A DNA stretch of 64,000 nucleotides, taken from NCBI GenBank assembly GCA_001940995.1, contig MSHC01000001.1, positions 61,028 through 125,027 of the forward strand. The letters run 5' to 3'. Origin of the DNA: Ruminococcus sp. Phil15 (GTDB lineage: Bacteria; Bacillota; Clostridia; Oscillospirales; Ruminococcaceae). The notes beneath the pieces are model-generated. The model had not been told where the DNA came from. It ran no database searches and worked only from the letters and a program-made list of their open reading frames with translations. The position numbers and the translations under genes are program-made. This document shows positions 43,163 to 52,098 of the stretch, piece by piece; the stretch's first letter is position 1, and each line of letters starts with the position of its first letter.

Positions 43163-44905
43163 ATGAAAATGAAGCTTGCGATGATGTCGCTCCTGCTTGC
43201 GGCGGCTATGTCTCTTTGTGCCTGTGGAAACAGCGATTCCGGCTCTGACATTTCAAAGCCCGACAGCTCGTCCGAAACGTCTGTCACAACCACTACAACA
43301 ACGACTGAAGCTAAAACAAAGCCTGAAACAACGACTACCTCAAAACCTGAAACAACGACTACGACCGCCGAAACGACCGTGACAACCGTGTCCGAAACCT
43401 CGGATGTGGATAATACTACCGCTTCTTTCCAAAAGACAAATACCACTACAACCCAAAATCCTTACAATACCACGACCACAACGAGGAAAAAGCCGGCTAC
43501 AACGACTACTACAAGAAAGCCTACAACAACTACAACGAGCGGTACGACGATGAAGCCTAATTCTGTCTATGAGGAATACGGCCACGACCAGGCGTCGCTC
43601 GGCAGGTTCATAAACAGAATTGATAACAATACCGGAATCCCCGTAATCAATATCTCGACAAAGGACAGTAAATCTGTTACATCCCGTGAGGTGTATACGG
43701 ACTGCATAGTTGACCTCTTTAGCTGCGACAGCAAGTATGTTATAACAGGAGCAACGGCAGGCATAAGAGTGAGAGGTAACTCAACTGCATACTATGGCGA
43801 CGTTTCCCAGATTTTGAAGAATCAGGTTCCGTACAGGATTAAGTTTGACGCAAAGACAAATATGCTCGGACTCAACGGCGGCGCAGAGTGCAAGAGCTGG
43901 GTGCTTCTTAAATCAAACTGGAATCTTATCTCCGACTATATGGGCTTTAAGCTCGGCAGCGTGCTTGTAGAGCCGGACAATTACTGCTCCGACTGTCAGC
44001 TTGTCCACGTCTATGTAAATAAGGCGTTCAAGGGCGTGTATCTCCTTTGCGAGCAGACGCAGGTAAATAAAAACCGTGTGGATATCTATGAGCCTGCAAA
44101 CGGATATACCGGCAACGATATCGGCTATTTAGTTGAAATAGACAACTACGCAGGCGACGACGAAGGCCCTTGGTTCGATGTTGACTATAATAATAATTCA
44201 ACAGTAACCGATATAGAGGGTACAAGGAGAGCCTTTGAAACAGCGCAGTACAGTATTAAGAATGATATCTACGCACAGTCGCAGAACGACTTTATAAAGA
44301 AATACATAAACGGCGTGTTCACAATAATGTACGAGGCGTGCGAGAATGACAACTTCCTAACATTTGACGGAAATTACAACCTCGTAAAAGCGCCGTACAC
44401 AAATGCTAAGGACACAATCGCCGCAGTTGCGGATATCGACTCTATCGTGAATATGTACATACTTGACGAGCTTGTACACGACAACGACTGCGGAGAGGGA
44501 AGCTTCTTTATGGCGGTGGACTTCTCGGCTGACAGCAAGATGAAAAAGCTCACCTTTACGGCTCCTTGGGACTACAACTGGGGATATGAAGGAAATGCAA
44601 CGGGCAAGTATTATGCGGCGGCATTTAACGATAAGACCTTTGTAAACCAGTTCGGCGACAGAACAAATCCTTGGTATGTCCTCCTTATGACGGAGGACTG
44701 GTTCAGAGATATGGTTTCCGAAAGATGGAAAGAGGTCTATACCTCAAACGGACTCAAGAAGGTCATTGCCGACGCAAAGAAGCTTTGTATGGCGCACTAT
44801 GACGAGTATTCCAAAAATCAGCAGTGGGCGCCCGAATGCGGCGTGTCGCTCGCTGAGTGGGTAGAGAAAAGGATGAAGTGGCTCGACAAGCAGTGGAATA
44901 AGTAA
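43163..44905 (+). CDS. CotH-family lipoprotein with Thr-rich linker
   Basis: Lipobox SLCAC and a linker of about 100 aa rich in T/P/K. CotH-like core IRVRGNSTAYYG...PYRIKFD...KGVYLLCEQTQVNKNRV. Confidence 0.7.
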   Translation: MKMKLAMMSLLLAAAMSLCACGNSDSGSDISKPDSSSETSVTTTTTTTEAKTKPETTTTSKPETTTTTAETTVTTVSETSDVDNTTASFQKTNTTTTQNPYNTTTTTRKKPATTTTTRKPTTTTTSGTTMKPNSVYEEYGHDQASLGRFINRIDNNTGIPVINISTKDSKSVTSREVYTDCIVDLFSCDSKYVITGATAGIRVRGNSTAYYGDVSQILKNQVPYRIKFDAKTNMLGLNGGAECKSWVLLKSNWNLISDYMGFKLGSVLVEPDNYCSDCQLVHVYVNKAFKGVYLLCEQTQVNKNRVDIYEPANGYTGNDIGYLVEIDNYAGDDEGPWFDVDYNNNSTVTDIEGTRRAFETAQYSIKNDIYAQSQNDFIKKYINGVFTIMYEACENDNFLTFDGNYNLVKAPYTNAKDTIAAVADIDSIVNMYILDELVHDNDCGEGSFFMAVDFSADSKMKKLTFTAPWDYNWGYEGNATGKYYAAAFNDKTFVNQFGDRTNPWYVLLMTEDWFRDMVSERWKEVYTSNGLKKVIADAKKLCMAHYDEYSKNQQWAPECGVSLAEWVEKRMKWLDKQWNK

Positions 44906-44911
44906 AATCAC

Positions 44912-44947
44912 AAGCAGGGATTGTCTTTTTTCAATCCCTGCTTTTTT
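44912..44947 (+). terminator. intrinsic terminator
   Basis: 12-bp stem AAGCAGGGATTG/CAATCCCTGCTT followed by a T run. Confidence 0.7.
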
Positions 44948-45055
44948 GTGACAGTTGTCATAGTGACAAACGCCAATGTGACAGTTGTCATAGTGACAAA
45001 CGTCAATGTGACAGTTGTCATAGTGACAAACGTCAATGTGACATTTGTCACTGTT
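44948..45055 (+). repeat. 30-bp tandem direct repeat, about 3.6 copies, each containing GTGACA/TGTCA inverted half-sites
   Basis: The unit GTGACAGTTGTCATAGTGACAAACG(C/T)CAAT begins at 44948, 44978 and 45008. A partial copy follows at 45038: GTGACATTTGTCACTGTT. Confidence 0.9.
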
Positions 45056-45074
45056 AAATTGTGATTTTTTTCAC

Positions 45075-45103
45075 TTGCGAAAAGCTTGACGGGCTGGTAA
45101 AAT
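45075..45103 (+). promoter_or_regulatory. promoter of the ABC-2 exporter operon
   Basis: TTGCGA-17 nt-TAAAAT with TGn (extended -10). Confidence 0.45.
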
Positions 45104-45138
45104 ATAATCAAGATAAAAAATAGACGGAGGAAACTTTT

Positions 45139-46089
45139 ATGAGTACACCTGTTGTAAAAATTGAAAATCTTGTTAAGAGATATAAGGAGCTTATAGCTCT
45201 CGACCATTTCTCTTTAGAGATAGAGGAAGGCGAGGTTTTCGGACTTTTAGGTCCTAACGGCTCGGGCAAGACGACTACAATAAACTGCCTGCTCTCGCTC
45301 CTCTCTTACGATAAAGGAAATATAGAAATCTTCGGCAGCAAGATGACCCCCAACAACTATGAGGTAAAGAATAATATCGGAGTCGTAATGCAGAATGTCG
45401 CAGTCTTTGACGAGCTAACGGTCTATGAGAATATCGACTACTTCTGCGGACTCTATGTCTTTGACAAGGCGGAGAGAAAGAAGCTTGTCGAGGAAGCAAT
45501 AGAGTTTGTAGGACTTGGCGAATTCAGAAAGTTTTATCCAAAGAAGCTGTCGGGCGGCCTTTTAAGACGACTCAATATCGCCTGCGGTATCGCACATAAG
45601 CCAAAGCTTATCATTTTCGACGAGCCGACAGTCGCAGTTGACCCGCAGAGCAGAAACAAGATACTTGAGGGTATCGAAAAGCTCAACAAGGACGGAGCAA
45701 CGGTAATCTATACCTCCCACTATATGGAGGAGGTAGAGCAGATTTGCACCCGTATCGCAATAATGGACAAGGGCAAGTGCAGAGCGATAGGCACAAACGC
45801 AGAACTGAGAAAGCTTATCCACAACACTGAAACAGTCACAGTCGAGATTGCAAAGCCGTCGGATGACGATATGAGCGAAATCTCAAATCTCCCGCACGTT
45901 TACGAAACGGAATACAGCGACGGAAAGCTTGTCGTAAAGTACAGCGGCGGAAAGCACAATCTCATAAGACTTATGAACCTCCTCAGTGAAAAGCAGTATT
46001 CTATGGGCAGAGTATTCTCAGAGCTTCCTACGCTCAATGACGTGTTCCTCGAAATCACAGGAACGGCGCTTCGTGACAGCGAGCAGTAA
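45139..46089 (+). CDS. ABC transporter ATP-binding protein (ABC-2 type, LnrL/YfiL-like)
   Basis: Walker A GPNGSGKTT, signature LSGGLLRR and Walker B LIIFDEP. Confidence 0.85.
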   Translation: MSTPVVKIENLVKRYKELIALDHFSLEIEEGEVFGLLGPNGSGKTTTINCLLSLLSYDKGNIEIFGSKMTPNNYEVKNNIGVVMQNVAVFDELTVYENIDYFCGLYVFDKAERKKLVEEAIEFVGLGEFRKFYPKKLSGGLLRRLNIACGIAHKPKLIIFDEPTVAVDPQSRNKILEGIEKLNKDGATVIYTSHYMEEVEQICTRIAIMDKGKCRAIGTNAELRKLIHNTETVTVEIAKPSDDDMSEISNLPHVYETEYSDGKLVVKYSGGKHNLIRLMNLLSEKQYSMGRVFSELPTLNDVFLEITGTALRDSEQ

Positions 46090-46121
46090 TCCTAAAAACC
46101 ATAATTCAAAGGGGCGTAACA

Positions 46122-47258
46122 ATGTTTTTTCATAACTTTAAATACAGACTTCTACAAACCGTCAGAGCAAAGGAAATAATGTTCTGGGCGCTCGGATTTA
46201 CGATTATCCTCGGCACCCTTTTCTATGCTGCATTCGGTAACATCTATGAGTCTGAAAAATTCACAGCGATTCCCGTTGCAGTAGTGACAGAAAAAGAGGA
46301 CAAGAGCTTTGACGAGCTTTTAAATGCTCTCTCTGACGGCGACGGCGCACTCCTGTCAGTTCAGTATATGGACAGCAGCAAGGCATATGAGATGCTCGAA
46401 GAAGGCGAGATAGAGATGGCGGTTATCGTGGACGAGAAAATCTCGCTCCGTATTGCAAGCAGCTCCGACAGCGTTTCGGTCAGCATAGTTTCATCGGTTA
46501 TAGACGAGTATACCTCAAAAGCCGCAATCATCAACGAGATAGCTAAAACCAATCCCAAAGATCTCGATAATGCAATTAAGGCTCTCTCTGCCGATATAAC
46601 AAACGCAATTACAGAGCATAAGCTCACAGACGCAAACATGAATGGCTATACCGACTATTTCTTCAACCTTATCGCAATGGGTATCATGTTCGGCTCAACC
46701 TTTGGACTTTTTGCCGCACTTCATTCTCAGGGCAACCTCTCGGCACTAGGTGCAAGAAGGTGCGTTTCGCCAACAAAGAAAATCGTTTCCGCCCTCGCCG
46801 ATAATCTAGCCACCGTCGTATCAGTCTTTGGTTGTTCGGTAGTCACAATAGTCTATGTAAAATTCGTTCTGGGTGTTGACTTAGGAAACAGATTTTTACT
46901 GTTCTTTCCGACAGCATTTGTCGCAAGCTTTATGTCAGTAAGCCTCGGCTATGCGGTAGGCTCGGTAGGCAGGCTCTCCGATAAGGCAAAAGAGGGAATA
47001 CTTCTGGTGTTCACACTTTTCGGCGGCTTCCTTTCGGGACTTATGGCAAATTCAATGCGGCAGCTTGTAGAGGAATCCGCCCCTATCGTCAATAGGATAA
47101 ATCCTGCGGCAGTTCTCACAGATTCGTTCTACGCATTGGCAGTATGCCCTAATTACGACAGATATGTAAGAAATCTCACAACTATGCTTGTTATGACAGC
47201 AATCTTCACAACGTTTGGTATAGTATTATCAAGGAGGAAAAAGTATGCAAGTCTTTAA
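46122..47258 (+). CDS. ABC-2 family permease
   Basis: 378-aa polytopic membrane protein with an N-terminal TM helix and a large extracytoplasmic loop. Translationally coupled to the neighbouring genes. Confidence 0.75.
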   Translation: MFFHNFKYRLLQTVRAKEIMFWALGFTIILGTLFYAAFGNIYESEKFTAIPVAVVTEKEDKSFDELLNALSDGDGALLSVQYMDSSKAYEMLEEGEIEMAVIVDEKISLRIASSSDSVSVSIVSSVIDEYTSKAAIINEIAKTNPKDLDNAIKALSADITNAITEHKLTDANMNGYTDYFFNLIAMGIMFGSTFGLFAALHSQGNLSALGARRCVSPTKKIVSALADNLATVVSVFGCSVVTIVYVKFVLGVDLGNRFLLFFPTAFVASFMSVSLGYAVGSVGRLSDKAKEGILLVFTLFGGFLSGLMANSMRQLVEESAPIVNRINPAAVLTDSFYALAVCPNYDRYVRNLTTMLVMTAIFTTFGIVLSRRKKYASL

Positions 47259-48399
47259 GCTCGTGTTCAAGGTTCTAAAAAAGAACCTTGGAACAGTCGT
47301 TATGTACGGATGCATATTCTTTACAACAATTATGCTTATTACAAGTTTTGGTGATACTAGTGACGAATACACCTCTACAAAAATTGATGTTGCAATCAGA
47401 GATTTGGATAATACATCAGCCTCCCGGCAGCTCGTTGACTGGGTGTCAGAAAATCACAATATTGTGGACGCGGATTTTGAGGACGAGGACGAGCTGCTTG
47501 CCAAAATGTACTTCAACTTCTGTGACTACGCTATCACAATAAACGAGGGATTTGAAGAAAAGCTTGCCGGCGGCAACACCGAGGATTTGTTTACAGTATC
47601 TAAAAGACCTAACGGCTACAGCTACGGTACAATCTACTTTGAGTCACAGCTAAACAGCATCGTCTCTGACGCTAACGCCTATGTTGCAGGCGGTATGACG
47701 GCAGATGAGGCACTCCAAAAGACGGTAGAAGTACTGAATAGCAAAACGGAGATCAGCTTCATAGAGGAAAAGGAGGACTCTGCTGCCGGAATTTACTTCA
47801 ACTATATGGCATACATTCTTTTAGTTATGAATATCACAGTAATGTCTACAATTCTCCTCGTAGTATTTAAAAAGGACATTACAGCAAGAACCTATTGCAG
47901 TTCTTTCTCACAGCTAAAATATATCCTCCAAACAATCGGTGCAGTTTCAATAATTTCAGTAGGCTTTTGGGTGATTCTCGTTCTCGGTTCACTTTGCTTT
48001 GACTCAAGCGCTTTGTCGTCAACAGTAGGACTTCTTATGGTATGCAACAGCTTCGTGTTCCTTATCTGCTCAGTTGAAATAGCAGTTATAGTATCTCTGC
48101 TTGTAAAGTCAAGTATGGCAGTATCCGCAATCTCCAACATCGTATCATTGGGAATGGCATTCCTATGCGGCGTGTTCGTTCCACAAAGTGTACTCTCAGA
48201 CGGAGTTTTGAGTGTCGGCAGATTTTTCCCCGCATACTGGTATATCAAAGCGGTTGATAGTATAAACGGATGGCATGGTTCAACCTATAATATCACAGAA
48301 ATCACAAAGGCAATCGGTATAGAGGCATTCTTCGTAGTCGCTCTTATGGCGGTGATCCTCGTAATCGTCCGTTCAAAGCGCACACAAAAGAGCCTTTAA
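47245..48399 (+). CDS. ABC-2 family permease (second subunit)
   Basis: 384 aa with the same architecture. It overlaps the previous gene by 14 nt. Confidence 0.75.
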   Translation: MQVFKLVFKVLKKNLGTVVMYGCIFFTTIMLITSFGDTSDEYTSTKIDVAIRDLDNTSASRQLVDWVSENHNIVDADFEDEDELLAKMYFNFCDYAITINEGFEEKLAGGNTEDLFTVSKRPNGYSYGTIYFESQLNSIVSDANAYVAGGMTADEALQKTVEVLNSKTEISFIEEKEDSAAGIYFNYMAYILLVMNITVMSTILLVVFKKDITARTYCSSFSQLKYILQTIGAVSIISVGFWVILVLGSLCFDSSALSSTVGLLMVCNSFVFLICSVEIAVIVSLLVKSSMAVSAISNIVSLGMAFLCGVFVPQSVLSDGVLSVGRFFPAYWYIKAVDSINGWHGSTYNITEITKAIGIEAFFVVALMAVILVIVRSKRTQKSL

Positions 48400-48414
48400 C
48401 AGAAAATCAGCATA

Positions 48415-48450
48415 AAATCGTCCTCCGATGATCGGGGGACGATTTTTTTA
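48415..48450 (+). terminator. intrinsic terminator
   Basis: Stem ATCGTCCTCCGAT/ATCGGGGGACGAT followed by T7. Confidence 0.65.
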
Positions 48451-48469
48451 GAAAAATATTGAAAAAGTG

Positions 48470-48508
48470 TTGACAAACCCCTTAGGGAGTGATATACTGT
48501 ATATACAG
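48470..48508 (+). promoter_or_regulatory. consensus promoter overlapped by the palindrome CTGTATATACAG
   Basis: TTGACA-17 nt-TATACT (48470-48498). The 12-bp perfect palindrome lies at 48497-48508, around the predicted transcription start. Confidence 0.5.
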
Positions 48509-48646
48509 CATATACGCAGAAAGCGCAATTGGCCAAAGCGAAACAGCTCGATGTAAATGGAATTGACGTTTTGCATAATAATATTCAGCGGTATAAATTG
48601 AAATTTATTAAATCGCCGAATTGGTGAGATTTAGCCTCCGCTTAGG

Positions 48647-48675
48647 TTGAAAAAGCTTACTATGTGTGTTAAAAT
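48647..48675 (+). promoter_or_regulatory. proximal promoter of the natAB-like operon
   Basis: TTGAAA-17 nt-TAAAAT with TGn. Confidence 0.5.
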
Positions 48676-48705
48676 GGTATTATTATTTATAAGGGGGGAA
48701 TATCC

Positions 48706-49458
48706 ATGGCGAAGGTCCTTGAGGTAAAGGGACTCTCAAAGCAGTACAAAAAGGGTGTGTACGCATCGCATAATGTTAGCTTTGATATTGACGAGGGCGA
48801 GATTTTTGCTCTTATCGGACCTAACGGCGCAGGAAAAACAACAACGATAAGAATGATAGCTACGCTGTTGCAGTCAACAGAGGGCGACGCAACAGTCGCA
48901 GGCTACAGCATAAACGACAATCCTAATAAGGTAAGAGAGTGTATAACATATCTTCCCGACGAGGCAGGCGCTTATAAGACAATGACAGGTACGCAGTACC
49001 TAAAGTTTATGGCAGGCATCTTTGCTCCCGATAAGGCGACAGCAAACGAATATGTGAAGAACGCAACAGAGATGTGCGGCTTAGGCGACAGGCTTTCCGA
49101 CAAGATCGGTAGCTATTCAAGAGGTATGATAAGAAAGCTTTTGCTTTCAAGAGCGGTGATGTCAAGACCGAAGCTCGCAATTTTAGACGAGCCTACAAGC
49201 GGACTCGATATAATAAATGCCCTTGAAATCAGAAGAATGATTAAAGAGCTTGCTCAGAAGTATGGTATGAGCTTCCTGTTAAGCTCGCATAATATGCTCG
49301 AAATTGAGTTTGTAAGCGACAGAGTGGGAATTATCGCAAAGGGTCATCTCCTTGAAGTAGGCAAGCCAAACGAGCTTAAAGTAAAGCACGGCGTAGGCAA
49401 TCTTGAAGAAGTATTTGAAAGGGTGGTGAAGGACAGTGAAGCTTCTGACATTGCTTAA
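48706..49458 (+). CDS. ABC transporter ATP-binding protein (NatA-like)
   Basis: Walker A GPNGAGKTT, signature YSRGMIRK and Walker B LAILDEP. Confidence 0.85.
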   Translation: MAKVLEVKGLSKQYKKGVYASHNVSFDIDEGEIFALIGPNGAGKTTTIRMIATLLQSTEGDATVAGYSINDNPNKVRECITYLPDEAGAYKTMTGTQYLKFMAGIFAPDKATANEYVKNATEMCGLGDRLSDKIGSYSRGMIRKLLLSRAVMSRPKLAILDEPTSGLDIINALEIRRMIKELAQKYGMSFLLSSHNMLEIEFVSDRVGIIAKGHLLEVGKPNELKVKHGVGNLEEVFERVVKDSEASDIA

Positions 49459-50770
49459 AAAGGAATTGAGAGAGCTTCTCACCCTTACCACGGTTATAAC
49501 TATTATCGGCTCGGTAATTCTGCTTGTAGCGCTTGGCAGCGTAATGGATTCCGCTATGTCGGAGATTGCAGAAAGCGGCGAGGACATCACCATCTGCAAT
49601 AAGGATACGGGCGCATTTTCGGGTGCGGTAATCAAGTCGCTCGAAGAAGCAGATTATAATGTTAAGCTGGTAGACCTTGAGGTAGGCGACTACGCAAGTC
49701 AGCTTAATGAACTTGATATCGCAAGCGTCGTAATTATCCCTGAAAGCTTCAGCGCAAGTGTTGAAAATATCCTCTCAGGCGAACTTAATACGGAAGGCAA
49801 GATTACCCCCGTTGACGTTGAGTATGTTTCAAAGATGACATCTCTCTCCGCACTCAGCAACGTTGACGTAGGCTCTCAGATGGCTCTTACGGCGATCGAA
49901 GCGGCAGTTAAGTCGGTCGTCTATGCAAACAAGAATATGAGCCTTGCGGAAATCGAGCTTATAGAATCCCCTGTAAACCTCATCGAAACAACCGTAGTAG
50001 GCACAAAGCAGGAACAGGTTTCCTCGATGCTTCTTTCCTCTTACGGTATGATTACGGGTATGATTATCCCGATCGTAATTTATGTACTTATAATCTATTC
50101 ATCTCAGATGATTATGAGCGCAGTTTCCACGGAAAAAATCGACAAGACCCTCGAAACGCTCCTTACAGCGCCGGTTTCAAGACTCTCCGTGCTTATGGCT
50201 AAGATGTGCGCCGCAACAATCGTTTCCGCACTCTTCGCAGTAGCCTTTATGGTAGGCTTTGACAGTATGATGGGCGGTATGGCAAGCGGTGTCGCAGGCA
50301 ACGTAGATAACTCAGTGCTTGATAAGCTCGGACTCAATCTCTCCGTTTCGGGATATATTCTTCTCGGACTCCAGATGTTCCTCTCGCTCCTCATCACGCT
50401 TGCAATCTCGCTTATCCTCGGCGCTCTTGCCAAGGATGCAAAACAGTCCCAGACGCTTATGATGCCTATTACTGTTACAGCAATGATTCCTTATATGCTC
50501 TCGATGTTCGTAGATATGAACGAAATGGGCGTAGTAAAGTGGATACTCTACGCAATCCCTTATACGCACACTTACATCGCACAGGACAACATCATCTTCG
50601 GCAACACAGGACTCTATGTCGGCGGACTTGTCTACCAGATTGTTGTTCTTGTAGTTTGTATGACAATCGCAGTAAGACTCTTTATGTCTGACAAGCTCTT
50701 TACTATGTCACTTAATTTTGGCGAAAAAAGGAAGAAAACCAGAAAGAAAAAGTCGCCTCTCGCTGAGTAG
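49436..50770 (+). CDS. ABC-2 permease (NatB-like)
   Basis: GTG start after GGTGAAGGA, overlapping the ATPase gene. It has an N-terminal TM helix, a large loop and a C-terminal TM bundle. Confidence 0.75.
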   Translation: MKLLTLLKKELRELLTLTTVITIIGSVILLVALGSVMDSAMSEIAESGEDITICNKDTGAFSGAVIKSLEEADYNVKLVDLEVGDYASQLNELDIASVVIIPESFSASVENILSGELNTEGKITPVDVEYVSKMTSLSALSNVDVGSQMALTAIEAAVKSVVYANKNMSLAEIELIESPVNLIETTVVGTKQEQVSSMLLSSYGMITGMIIPIVIYVLIIYSSQMIMSAVSTEKIDKTLETLLTAPVSRLSVLMAKMCAATIVSALFAVAFMVGFDSMMGGMASGVAGNVDNSVLDKLGLNLSVSGYILLGLQMFLSLLITLAISLILGALAKDAKQSQTLMMPITVTAMIPYMLSMFVDMNEMGVVKWILYAIPYTHTYIAQDNIIFGNTGLYVGGLVYQIVVLVVCMTIAVRLFMSDKLFTMSLNFGEKRKKTRKKKSPLAE

Positions 50771-50800
50771 ACTTTTTATACGAAAGGATTATAGATTACT

Positions 50801-51898
50801 ATGAAAAGACTTCTCGCAATAACAGCACTATGTGCCTCATTGATTATTACCTGTTCAGCCTGTTCAGATAATGAAGATTCATCTTCCAAGGCTGACTCAT
50901 CAAGCTCCGTTTCTGACAGCTCATCAGTAACCGACTCGTCAGCCGAGGATAGTTCGTCAGTTGAGGACAGTTCATCGGTAGAGGACAGCTCGCAGGATCC
51001 GTTCGGACCGCAAAAGAAAGAGGAGTCCGATATCACTCCTGCTATGTGGACGGCGACCACAAAAACTGGCAAGACTGTCTACTTCCTTGGTTCTATGCAC
51101 GCTCTTGCAGATGATTGCTATCCGCTCCCCGACGAGATTTTAAATGCGTACAACAGCGCAGACGCCCTCGCAGTCGAGTGCGACATAGTTGCGTATTTGT
51201 CGGACCTAGAAGCTCAGATGAACGATATCCAGAATATGATTTACTTCGACGGAACTACGATTCGTGACCACATTGACGCAGACCTCTATGAGAATATCAA
51301 ACAGATTCTTGAGGACGTAGGTCTTTACAACGAAGTGTACGATATGTATAACGAGCTTATGTGGGCGTCGCTTGTCGATATGGCAATGATAAATGACGCA
51401 GAACTCTCCTCCGAGCTTGGTATCGACAATTTACTGCTAAAAAAGGCGCACAGCGAAGGCAAGAAGATTATTGAGATCGAATCCGTTGAGCTTCAAAACG
51501 GAGTTCTCTACGGTCAGCCGGAAGAGCTTAATATGTTTATGCTCGAAAGCTCTGTTTACTACTACGAGGACCAGGTCGAATTGCTCAAGGAGATGTACGA
51601 GGCATGGAAGTCCGGCGACCTTGACAAGCTTATGGAAATCGACTCCGCTGAAATAGAGGATGAAGACGGCTCGGAATTTGAAGAAATCACGCCTGAACTT
51701 CAGGAGATGATTGACAACTACAACAAGGAGCTTATGGACGACAGAAACGTAGGTATGATTGAAACAGCAATCGAAATGCTTGAGGGCGACGAGAGCATTT
51801 TCTATGTTGTAGGTGCTGCACACTACTGCGGAGAAACGGGAATCCTCAAGGGACTTGAAGATGCAGGATACACTCTTGAACCCGTTGTCTACGACTAG
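50801..51898 (+). CDS. TraB/GumN (TIKI superfamily) lipoprotein
   Basis: Lipobox ITCSAC and an SSVED-rich linker. Paired GxxH motifs (GSMHAL, GAAHYCG) and a conserved Glu (LAVECD). Confidence 0.7.
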   Translation: MKRLLAITALCASLIITCSACSDNEDSSSKADSSSSVSDSSSVTDSSAEDSSSVEDSSSVEDSSQDPFGPQKKEESDITPAMWTATTKTGKTVYFLGSMHALADDCYPLPDEILNAYNSADALAVECDIVAYLSDLEAQMNDIQNMIYFDGTTIRDHIDADLYENIKQILEDVGLYNEVYDMYNELMWASLVDMAMINDAELSSELGIDNLLLKKAHSEGKKIIEIESVELQNGVLYGQPEELNMFMLESSVYYYEDQVELLKEMYEAWKSGDLDKLMEIDSAEIEDEDGSEFEEITPELQEMIDNYNKELMDDRNVGMIETAIEMLEGDESIFYVVGAAHYCGETGILKGLEDAGYTLEPVVYD

Positions 51899-51974
51899 AA
51901 AGACTGTGAGAAATCCCCGCACCGCAAAAAGAAAATTAATAGAGAATATTGTGTGAAAAAGTATGGTAAACTAA

Positions 51975-52016
51975 AAAATCGGCAGGAAGTCTGTATTCCT
52001 GCCGATTGCTTTTTGC
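51975..52016 (+). terminator. intrinsic terminator
   Basis: 12-bp stem AATCGGCAGGAA/TTCCTGCCGATT followed by GCTTTTTG. Confidence 0.65.
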
Positions 52017-52034
52017 TTACTGCGTCAAAATCTC

Positions 52035-52075
52035 CGTAAATAAAAAGGCTTGGGTACTCGTCCCGTACTCAAGCC
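52035..52075 (-). terminator. intrinsic terminator for the minus-strand two-gene unit
   Basis: The minus strand reads GGCTTGAGTAC-7 nt-GTACCCAAGCC followed by TTTTTATTTA. Confidence 0.6.
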
Positions 52076-52098
52076 ATTAGTATTATATTTATGCGATA

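Noticed and set aside
44948-45055. Possible CRISPR array
   Set aside because: The repeat units abut directly with no unique spacers, there are only 3.6 copies, and no cas genes lie in the window.
44908-45207. 99-aa minus-strand ORF (…VTNVTLTFVTMTTVTLTFVTMTTVT…)
   Set aside because: Its repetitive sequence is just the translation of the 30-bp tandem repeat. It also spans a terminator and a promoter and overlaps the start of the ABC ATPase gene. There is no RBS.
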